64,000 bases of DNA, from assembly GCA_021796535.1 (NCBI GenBank), contig JAKABW010000003.1:53029-117028 (forward strand), read 5' to 3'. The notes beneath the pieces are model-generated. The model was not told the origin of the DNA and searched no databases. It saw only the letters and a list, made by a program, of their open reading frames with translations. The position numbers were made by a program, and so were the translations under genes. Positions within the stretch are counted from its first letter, which is position 1. Each line of letters starts with the position of its first letter. Below are positions 19,183 through 26,638 of this stretch, piece by piece. The DNA is from Actinomycetes bacterium (GTDB lineage: Bacteria; Actinomycetota; Acidimicrobiia; Acidimicrobiales; Bog-793).

Positions 19183-20118
19183 ATGACAGACAAAAAAAGA
19201 CAATCCACAACAACTTATACTTTTGGCGCAGGTAAGCGTGAGCGCCATGACGCGTCGCTTTTCTACAATAGGTTCACCCCTCCTGCCGTTCGCGACAGTC
19301 AAGACGTATGCCCTGCGGCACAAAGGGTCGGCTGCGACGAAATCTATTGTGGAGACATAAGAGATTTTGAGGATGTGGTATCGAAAAACTCCGTTGCTTT
19401 GGTGGTCACCTCGCCGCCTTATTTTGCCGGCAAAGAGTACGAAATAGAAAAACCTGATACCCCTTCCACAAGAGATTACGACCAATACTTAAAAATGCTT
19501 ACCGAGGTGTTCTCCGCTTGCGTCGATCTTTTGGAACCGGGAGGCAGAATGGCCGTAAACGTGGCCAACCTCGGCAGAAAACCCTATCGCAGCCTTTCGA
19601 CAGATGTCATATCAATTTTGCAAAATGACCTTTCTTTGCTGCTGCGGGGAGAGATTATCTGGAAAAAGTCCAAAGGAGCGGCCGGCAATTGCGCATGGGG
19701 TTCCTTCCAAAAAGCCAGTAACCCGGTGCTGAGAGATATCACGGAAAGAATCGTTATAGCGTCAAAAGACAGATTCGACAGGGCAATATCGGCCAAAAAG
19801 CGTTCCCAGTTGGGGCTGCCTTATCTGAGCACCATAGGCAAAGAGGAATTCATGGAGTTCACTCTGGATGTTTGGGAATTCTCCTCGGAAAGAGCAACTG
19901 TGGTCGGACATCCCGCCCCTTTCCCCGTGGAATTGCCCAGACGCCTTATTGAGTTGTATACATACGAAAACGACATCGTTTTGGATCCGTTTATGGGTTC
20001 CGGAAGCACGGCCGTTGCGGCCATTCAAACGGGAAGACATTTTATAGGTTTTGACACAGAGCCAAAATATGTAGAAACCGCCAAAAAGCGTATAGCCGAC
20101 CGAACGGAAGCAAACTGA
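19183..20118 (+). CDS. site-specific DNA methyltransferase, beta-class N4/N6 family (SPPY type, probably N4-cytosine)
   Basis: 311-aa ORF. Motif IV VVTSPPYFAG precedes motif I DPFMGSGSTAVAAIQTGRHFIGFD. That circular permutation is characteristic of beta-class amino-methyltransferases. I saw no endonuclease-like ORF on either side. Confidence 0.8.
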   Translation: MTDKKRQSTTTYTFGAGKRERHDASLFYNRFTPPAVRDSQDVCPAAQRVGCDEIYCGDIRDFEDVVSKNSVALVVTSPPYFAGKEYEIEKPDTPSTRDYDQYLKMLTEVFSACVDLLEPGGRMAVNVANLGRKPYRSLSTDVISILQNDLSLLLRGEIIWKKSKGAAGNCAWGSFQKASNPVLRDITERIVIASKDRFDRAISAKKRSQLGLPYLSTIGKEEFMEFTLDVWEFSSERATVVGHPAPFPVELPRRLIELYTYENDIVLDPFMGSGSTAVAAIQTGRHFIGFDTEPKYVETAKKRIADRTEAN

Positions 20119-20235
20119 CCGTAACGGCAAAAACTTGAACGGAAACGGCCATTATTTCTTGCTATTTTTCAAAAGTAGCGAATCTCTTGCCATCAAGATA
20201 GTAAAATGACTCCGCTGCATAAAAACTTGCCGCAA

Positions 20236-20311
20236 GGCCCCATCGTCTAGAGGCCAAGGACACCACCCTCTCAAGGTGGAGACACGGGTTCGAACCCCGT
20301 TGGGGCTGCCA
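20236..20311 (+). tRNA. tRNA-Glu (anticodon CUC), CCA encoded
   Basis: Hand-folded. Acceptor GGCCCCA/TGGGGCT, anticodon stem CCACC/GGTGG with loop CTCTCAA, T arm ACGGG-TTCGAAC-CCCGT, discriminator G, then CCA. Confidence 0.9.
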
Positions 20312-20473
20312 GTCAGCCGGATTACACAGTCACGTAGGCCGTTGGTATGAAAACCCCCTGTTGGAACGGTTATTGGGTCATTTTTGACAAATGCCGAAAG
20401 CGCTTTGACGGAGTAAGCAAACACTTCCTTCAAAGAAATCGTCAAAAAGTTCTTCCCAAAAACTTTTTGGGCT

Positions 20474-21514
20474 TCAGGAAATTTTTATTAAAGACTTGAT
20501 GGCCCTTCTTTCGTCCATGACCGCATACGCTTCTTGGATGTTATCCAAATCGGTAACGAAATCAAAAACCCTGCCCGGGTTGATACGCCCTTTGATCACG
20601 TCATTCAACAGAGCGGGAATATAGGCTCTGGCCGGGGCCGGCCCGCCGCGCATGCCGATATTGTAATAGAAAGTCGTGTTGGGATTGATCGTGACTTCAT
20701 GGGGAACGCCCACCCTGCCGACAACGGCTCCCGGCCTTGCCATGGCAAAAGCCATTTCGTTGGCCTCTTTGGTGCCGACACACTCCATTACCGCATCCGC
20801 TCCCACGCCGGCAGTGAGGGCTTTGACGACCTTTACCCCCGCTTCGCCTCTTTCCTCGACGATATGGGTTGCACCCCAATCACGCGCCAAGCGCTGCCTG
20901 CTTTCGTGTCTGCTGATGATAATAATCTGTTCTGCCCCCAGCAGCTTTGCCGACAATACCGCGGACAGTCCCACGGCACCATCCCCGACGATGGCGGCAA
21001 CGCCTCCTTCTTTCACGCCGGCACTGACGGCTGCGTGATACCCGGTGCTCATCACGTCGCTCAGAGTCAAAAATGAGGCCAGCATTGCTTCCGAAAAATC
21101 GTCGCCTTCGACCCTCACCAAAGTTCCGTCGGCCTGCGGTACCCTGACAAATTCGGCTTGTCCTCCGTCATTTTTTTCACCCATGCCAAAAAAACTGCCG
21201 TTTACACAGGCTGTATGGAAACCGGCTCTGCAATGCGGGCAGGTATTGTCACTGAAAGCAAATGGGGCGATCACGAAATCGCCTTTTTTGAGGAACACTA
21301 CACTCGAGCCGACTTCTTCCACGACTCCGATAAATTCATGCCCTATGGAACCCCGGGGGTGTTCCCCTATGCCCCTGTAATACCACAGATCGCTCCCACA
21401 TACACAAGCCATTACCACTCTCACAATGGCATCGGTGGCTTGTTGTATAACGGGGTCGGGCACTTCTTGTACTTCAATCCTGTACTCTTCTATAAAAATT
21501 GCTGCCTTCACCAA
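20474..21514 (-). CDS. zinc-dependent alcohol dehydrogenase (MDR family), copy 1
   Basis: 346-aa ORF. CVCGSDLWYYRG, GHEFIGVVEEVG, structural-Zn Cys cluster CPHCRAGFHTAC, NAD fold AIVGDGAVGL. Confidence 0.85.
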   Translation of the reverse strand: MVKAAIFIEEYRIEVQEVPDPVIQQATDAIVRVVMACVCGSDLWYYRGIGEHPRGSIGHEFIGVVEEVGSSVVFLKKGDFVIAPFAFSDNTCPHCRAGFHTACVNGSFFGMGEKNDGGQAEFVRVPQADGTLVRVEGDDFSEAMLASFLTLSDVMSTGYHAAVSAGVKEGGVAAIVGDGAVGLSAVLSAKLLGAEQIIIISRHESRQRLARDWGATHIVEERGEAGVKVVKALTAGVGADAVMECVGTKEANEMAFAMARPGAVVGRVGVPHEVTINPNTTFYYNIGMRGGPAPARAYIPALLNDVIKGRINPGRVFDFVTDLDNIQEAYAVMDERRAIKSLIKIS

Positions 21515-21738
21515 TCCTCCGAAAAAAATCTAAAGCCCCCACAAAATATTCATAAGACACAATGCAAAATTAGTCTTAGTTTATATCAATACAGTCACTA
21601 TTACAATAAGTTGATTTTTTAAAAAGCCGTCATCAGGAAAAGCAGAAGCGCATCCTTCATTTCAAAAACAATCACACAACAAAAAATGCCGTCTGAAAAC
21701 AGCTTGAGATCGACAAAGCTAAAAATTATTTTTGTCGC

Positions 21739-22134
21739 CTAGATATTGCCATACTCCGCATCAGTTACGTGCTCAAGCCAGACTACGGTCTTGCCGTCCG
21801 CATCCGCTTCGTGCATGGCAATATGTGACATAAAATGATCGCGCGTTGCCCCGTGCCAATGTTCTTCTCCGGGATCGGTAAATATGACATCGCCTGCTCG
21901 TATTTCCCGAACCATACCTCCGCGTTGACAGACATAGCCGATACCGTCCGTTACGTAGAGTGTTTGCCCTTTGGGGTGCTTATGCCAGGCCGTACGCGCT
22001 CCTGGCGTAAAGCGGACATGGGCGCAACCTATCCCGGAAAATTCATCGGGATTTCTCACGGAATCGACCACGACAACACCCGTAAAGTAATCCGCCGGTC
22101 CCATACCGCTGGCAAGAGGATTGGTTATTTTCAT
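21739..22134 (-). CDS. cupin domain protein
   Basis: 131-aa ORF. Cupin motifs G.RTAWHKHP.GQTLYV and GDVIFTDPGEEHWHGA. Confidence 0.75.
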   Translation of the reverse strand: MKITNPLASGMGPADYFTGVVVVDSVRNPDEFSGIGCAHVRFTPGARTAWHKHPKGQTLYVTDGIGYVCQRGGMVREIRAGDVIFTDPGEEHWHGATRDHFMSHIAMHEADADGKTVVWLEHVTDAEYGNI

Positions 22135-22629
22135 TTCTGTTACCTCCGATGCGATAATTACTTACCAAGTATTATACTCGGTCTCTTCTTGTATGCCATC
22201 TGTAAAAAGTAGCAAAAAATATTTAAATACCGCTTATCCTGATATATTTATATGCATGATCTTGTAATTCAGCTGTGATCAATTTGCTTCCCCGTGAGAT
22301 ATAAAAAGTTTTTTACTTTCGGCGGCCGATTTTCCCCACTCTTTAGCTTCAAAAGTTCTTTCACCAATTGACGGATCCCTCCTCTTCCCATTCAAGACAG
22401 CAAAGAAACCTTCATTCGCTGCTTTGGTCACCTGGGTAGCCTTGCCTGCGGCTCTGGCGGAAGAGCGAACAACATCGAAAGAAGGACGGAAGGCAGGGGT
22501 TGCAATACAAGCTGTGACGGTCGCGCACCCTCCCGGTAAGGCTTTGTCCCAATAGCAATAAGTGTATTATTCTTACAAGTAATATCAAAATAGCGGAGTT
22601 AGAACTTCTATATATTATCCGAAACTTCA

Positions 22630-23165
22630 AATGCCCAAAAGAGCCGATAACTTACGGCATCATTGCCATTGCGAACTGTTATCTTCTTCTAAACAAACAC
22701 CCGAACATTTTTCCCAAGCCGCTTTTTACTATGTCACGTCTGCTCACAGGCCGCAGTACAATACATCTGCATAGTAAATGCCATCAACATCTGGATTCAT
22801 GACAAATCTGCCAAAACTTCTGACGTACCGCCATCACCACATAAGAACAAATACTCACGCTTCATATCATCATTGTTCCGCTCCGAGGCAATTCTTTGGC
22901 AGCGTATGAAAGCTTTCCTTTGCCGATGCAGAGCATAAACTTCATACCCGAAAGTTCTTTTATGGTCTTTCCCATCAAATCCGCTACTTCTTCCGCTAAA
23001 AGATTGCTCGTTAAAACCACGTTGGCTGAATTAAGATAAATTAAAGTAAGTCTTTACCTTATTAAAACCAATATCTTCAAGAGAAGATTTGAGGTCTTTC
23101 ATACGCAACAGGTTATTGCCTCCGACATTGATGCCGCGAAGCAACCGTGTATCGATCGCATAAAA
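22630..23165 (-). pseudogene. DUF1697-family gene remnant (multiple frameshifts and stops, start codon lost)
   Basis: Reverse-strand reading gives YAIDTRLLRGINVGGNNLLRMKDLKSSLEDIGFNKVKTY, the DUF1697 signature LLRGINVGG...M..L......G...V.TY. The match then continues in other frames (YLNSANVVLTS...EVADLMGKTIKELSGMKF; KREYLFLCGD; TVRNGND) and is interrupted by stops. No long ORF exists across 22200..23340. Confidence 0.6.
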
Positions 23166-23342
23166 AGAGTGCGGATCGCCGCTCAACGGCTCCCTGTGCT
23201 CCCGAAAATTATTCGCAATACATCCGATGAGAACTGCCGATTATTTGTCTGTATCTTTGATGCATCGATAAATGCCTGCCGAAAGATCGGTTCGCTGGTC
23301 TGCTTGCCGCGCCTCATGAACTTTTAGTTACTTAAATTGCTC

Positions 23343-24383
23343 CTAGGGTTCACTTACTTTAAGCAATGATTTGATAGCCCTCCGTTCATCCATGGCAACG
23401 TAAGCTTCTTTAATATTGTCCAGGTCTGTCCGCAAATCAAAAATTTTACCGGGGTTAATTTTGCCATTCAGTACCGCCTCTAAAAGCATGGGAATATATT
23501 GTCTCGCGGGAGCAACACCGCCGCGAATGCCTATGTTCTTCCAAAATAATGTCCTATACTCAAACTCTTTGTAAGTCGGGAAACCGACGGCTCCGATCAT
23601 GCCGCCTGGACGTACGATGGCGGCTGCTGTTCCAATTGATTCGTCGGTACCCACGCATTCAAGCGCAGCATCTGCTCCTACATCGTTCGTCAGCTCCATG
23701 ACTGCCTTAACAGCCCCATCGCCGCGCTCTTCAACAATATCTGTCGCACCAAACTCTTTGGCCAGTTTTTGACGATCCGGATTACGGCTCAGAGCAATAA
23801 TGCGCTTCGCTCCGAGTAGCTTTGCTCCCATCACGGCGCCCAATCCAACCGCTCCGTCACCGACAACCGCAACTGTGTCGCCTTCTTTTACTTGGGCACT
23901 TACAACAGCATGGTAGCCGGTACTGACAACGTCGGATAAACTGAGAAATGAAGCCAGCATGTCCTCAGAGTAGTCGCCTGTAGGCACTTTTACTAAAGTT
24001 GCCGCCGCATAAGGTACGCGAACATACTCGCCTTGACCTCCATCCGTATCGCCGTTGCCAAATGCTCCGCCGTGATTGCATTGAGACTGAAAACCGGCTT
24101 TACAATTGGGGCATGTATCGTCATTGAAAGTAAACGGAGCGATAACCAAGTCGCCTTTTGTCGGATCCTTCACATCCTTGCCCGTCTCCTCAACGACACC
24201 TATGAACTCATGACCTATACTGCCTTCTTTATGCGGGTTGATACCTCGGTAGTACCATAAGTCCGAGCCGCAAACACAGCCCATGACAACGCGAACTATT
24301 GCGTCTGAGGGTTCCTTAATTGTTGGGAGCGGCCGTTCACCCAGTTCAATATGGCCTTTGCCTTTAAATAGTGCCGCTTTCAT
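23343..24383 (-). CDS. zinc-dependent alcohol dehydrogenase (MDR family), copy 2, downstream of merR-type regulator
   Basis: 346-aa ORF, colinear with copy 1: VRVVMGCVCGSDLWYYRG, GHEFIGVVEETG, CPNCKAGFQSQC, VVGDGAVGL. It starts 31 nt downstream of the MerR gene on the same strand. Confidence 0.85.
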   Translation of the reverse strand: MKAALFKGKGHIELGERPLPTIKEPSDAIVRVVMGCVCGSDLWYYRGINPHKEGSIGHEFIGVVEETGKDVKDPTKGDLVIAPFTFNDDTCPNCKAGFQSQCNHGGAFGNGDTDGGQGEYVRVPYAAATLVKVPTGDYSEDMLASFLSLSDVVSTGYHAVVSAQVKEGDTVAVVGDGAVGLGAVMGAKLLGAKRIIALSRNPDRQKLAKEFGATDIVEERGDGAVKAVMELTNDVGADAALECVGTDESIGTAAAIVRPGGMIGAVGFPTYKEFEYRTLFWKNIGIRGGVAPARQYIPMLLEAVLNGKINPGKIFDLRTDLDNIKEAYVAMDERRAIKSLLKVSEP

Positions 24384-24414
24384 GCAAACCGCCTTTCCAA
24401 AACGATTATTAGAT

Positions 24415-24879
24415 TTACTTATTGCCGAGTTTCTTTAAGCTCTGGGCCAGCAACCTGGCCTGATTGCCAATATCTTTCGCATCAGAATCATTGTGCGCTT
24501 CAATAGCCTTCCAGTAAGCTATCTTGAGCTTCACATAATTCAAGCGAACTTCTAGCAATCTGGCTTCACTCGCAAGACGCTCCTCCTGCTGTTCCAACAA
24601 CATGACCTGTTCGCCGGCGGCAGCGACGCCCTTATTGCGATTTCTAATGTACTCTCGCATATCGTTCAGCGACAGACCGGTGGCATTAAGGCAAGCAATG
24701 GCATCTAGCAGATTCAAATTGTCTTCGCTGTATACCCTATGCTTACTGTCGGCATCCCGTTCAATCGGTTCGATAATGCCTATTCCTTCATAGTAACGCA
24801 GTGTGCTTGCCGGCAGTCCCGTAAGTCTGGATGCTTCTTGAATGGTATAGGTGCGGGACGCATTTGATGAAATACTCAT
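24415..24879 (-). CDS. MerR family transcriptional regulator (AdhR/NmlR-like context)
   Basis: 154-aa ORF. YTIQEASRLTGLPASTLRYYEGIGIIEPIERD...HRVYSEDNLNLLDAIACLNATGLSL, then a coiled-coil dimerisation helix. Confidence 0.85.
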   Translation of the reverse strand: MSISSNASRTYTIQEASRLTGLPASTLRYYEGIGIIEPIERDADSKHRVYSEDNLNLLDAIACLNATGLSLNDMREYIRNRNKGVAAAGEQVMLLEQQEERLASEARLLEVRLNYVKLKIAYWKAIEAHNDSDAKDIGNQARLLAQSLKKLGNK

Positions 24880-24886
24880 AACTACC

Positions 24887-24916
24887 AGCCTAGGAACTTA
24901 AAGTACTTTAAGTCAA
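24887..24916 (-). promoter_or_regulatory. MerR-type promoter with a 16-nt perfect palindromic operator between -35 and -10; probably leaderless
   Basis: The reverse strand reads TTGACT-TAAAGTACTTTAAGTTCC-TAGGCT-GGTAGTT-ATG. The palindrome CTTAAAGTACTTTAAG (24897..24912) fills the roughly 18-nt spacer. The -10-like TAGGCT ends 7 nt before the merR ATG. Confidence 0.5.
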
Positions 24917-25296
24917 AGCGATTTTTTAAAAAGACTTGTGTCACGATAAAAAAGTCGTTTGCCTCGATAAATCATCGCAATGCTGGTTTTCCTGTCGCCA
25001 ACAAGGAAGGTCGCTTGTCTAAAGCAACTGTAACGGCAGCGGTTTATAACGTGTTGTCTAGATATTGTTCGACCGACAGCTTGCCACACTGCTCGTCATC
25101 AACCGGAGTAGGTAGCATTACCATATTGGCGCCACAGCACTTTGTTGAGCCCGACAAGCCGTAACTGCTCCGCTGCATTGACCGGAGTATGGCAGTTGTT
25201 CGGGTTGCCGTGGGCAGTACGGCAACCTGAACAAAAAATTGTTACAGCGACGTGATAAACACTTAGTAATAGCAAATGTCGTGAAAGGACAAGGTA

Positions 25297-26094
25297 ATGA
25301 AAAGTAGACCCAGCTGGTTCGGCAAACACAAGATACTGACGGGTGCGCTGATACTGGCGATCATCGTAATCGCTTCTGCTTACGCCGGCAGAAACTCATC
25401 AAAGACGAACTCGGCGACAACTGCCAATGCAGGTAAACCCAAGACAAGCACAACAAGCGGCCAGTCGACCCACACTTCAACGGTCAGAAAAGTAACCGGC
25501 ACGACAACTGCCAATGCAGGTAAACCCAAGACAAGCACAACAAGCGGCCAGTCGACCCACACTTCAACGGTCAGAAAAGTAACCGGCACGACAGTGACAC
25601 TGGGAGCTGGTACATTTACCGGCGGTACGGATGTGGCTCCCGGTCTTTATAACGTTACGCCCGGTCCCGGTCAAAGCGGAAACTTCATTGTTTCCGGGAC
25701 GGATACTTACAATGAGATACTGGGGGTTAACAGCGGTATTGGCGTTCCATCAGTCAGAGCGCAGATATCCAAAGGCGACCAAATCCAAATCTCCGGTCTA
25801 AGCAATGTCACGTTCACGCCAGTTACATCACCTTATATAACAACCCATAGCGCAGTAACGCTCGGGGCCGGAACTTGGATAGTTGGTCAAGATATCGGGG
25901 CCGGCCGGTATATAGCTAGGCCTGCTTCTGGACAAAGCGGAAACTTTATGGTTTCCGGAGCAGACTATTACAACGAGATACTGGGGACCAACAGCACTTA
26001 CGGCGAAGTGCCCAACCTTACTGTAAATCTGAGCGACGGCGATACAATTCTCATCTCCGGCATGTACGGCGTTACCATGACACCGATAAGCTGA
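25297..26094 (+). CDS. membrane-anchored hypothetical protein with internal repeats
   Basis: 265-aa ORF with an N-terminal TM segment (ILTGALILAIIVIASAYAG). A 29-aa unit is duplicated exactly: TTANAGKPKTSTTSGQSTHTSTVRKVTGT. Two homologous modules of about 85 aa follow: VTLGAGT...G.D...G.Y...P..GQSGNF.VSG.D.YNEILG....G..P.......GD.I.ISG...VT.TP. Confidence 0.7.
   Translation: MKSRPSWFGKHKILTGALILAIIVIASAYAGRNSSKTNSATTANAGKPKTSTTSGQSTHTSTVRKVTGTTTANAGKPKTSTTSGQSTHTSTVRKVTGTTVTLGAGTFTGGTDVAPGLYNVTPGPGQSGNFIVSGTDTYNEILGVNSGIGVPSVRAQISKGDQIQISGLSNVTFTPVTSPYITTHSAVTLGAGTWIVGQDIGAGRYIARPASGQSGNFMVSGADYYNEILGTNSTYGEVPNLTVNLSDGDTILISGMYGVTMTPIS
25415..25593. repeat. perfect 87-bp tandem duplication (2.06 copies) inside the CDS
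   Basis: Positions 25415..25506 are identical to 25502..25593 at an offset of 87, checked base by base at both ends. The duplication is in frame (29 codons). Confidence 0.9.
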
Positions 26095-26205
26095 TCACTC
26101 GCCCGGCTTCATGCCCCAATCCTTTTTTGACGGTACAATAAACTCGTTAAAGAAATGATGCATTTACGCCGAGCCAAGATAGCCAAGCTTAGAAAAAAAT
26201 TGAAA

Positions 26206-26245
26206 GTGTCTGTGTAATATTGCTGCAGTAATATTACACAGACAC
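26206..26245. repeat. perfect 16-bp inverted repeat with an 8-nt loop (possible terminator or operator)
   Basis: GTGTCTGTGTAATATT-gctgcagt-AATATTACACAGACAC. It lies about 110 nt downstream of the repeat-protein gene and is followed by AGTTT. Confidence 0.6.
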
Positions 26246-26520
26246 AGTTTAAACAATGCATAGCCACGTGGAGTGCTATACAGAGTCACGTGAACGCAAG
26301 CTTAGCAATCCGCCTTAGATTGATGAGCAGTATCATATGGCCGTTGACAAGCTTTAAAAAATAACGGCTCGCGACTCCGGTTGTTTACGGAAGTCCGGCC
26401 TGCCGAAAACGCGGGCCACCCGGATGGCTGGGTCAGAAACCGCCATTTAAACGAGGACTGAACACAAATAACACGTTATAAACCATCCTATGGGATAACT
26501 TCATGTCTTGATCGTTCAGA

Positions 26521-26595
26521 TGGCTCCGGGGGGAGGACTCGAACCCCCAACAACAGGGCCAGAACCTGTCGTGTTGCCGATTACACCACCCCGGA
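26521..26595 (-). tRNA. tRNA-Gln (anticodon CUG), CCA encoded
   Basis: Hand-folded 75 nt. Acceptor TCCGGGG/CCCCGGA with U1-A72, D arm GTGT/ACAC, anticodon stem ACAGG/CCTGT with loop TTCTGGC, T arm GGGGG-TTCGAGT-CCTCC, discriminator G, then CCA. Confidence 0.9.
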
Positions 26596-26638
26596 ATCTA
26601 GCTACGATTCTAACAGGATATACCGGCCGCACTATGCG

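Noticed and set aside
18883-19485. 200-aa minus-strand ORF upstream of and overlapping the methyltransferase, considered as a possible restriction partner
   Set aside because: It overlaps the methyltransferase start by about 300 nt on the opposite strand. The translation is low-complexity and Cys/Phe/Arg-rich with no nuclease motif (no PD-(D/E)XK, HNH or GIY-YIG pattern).
19809-19820. 12-nt identity (GTTGGGGCTGCC) between the methyltransferase coding region and the tRNA-Glu 3' end (20299..20310), considered as an att-type direct repeat
   Set aside because: The second copy lies upstream of the tRNA rather than at the far end of the putative cargo. It is inside an intact ORF and only 12 nt long. 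This is most likely coincidence.
20152-20445. 97-aa minus ORF over tRNA-Glu, and 157-aa plus ORF (26508..26981) over tRNA-Gln
   Set aside because: They overlap well-folded tRNA genes and have no coding signatures.
22240-22560. About 95-codon reverse-strand open frame without a start codon (YTYCYWDKALPGGCATVTACIATPAF...SHGEAN*), next to the DUF1697 remnant
   Set aside because: It is probably a 3' gene fragment, but I cannot assign a family, and it lacks a start and an RBS. I left it unannotated inside the decayed region.
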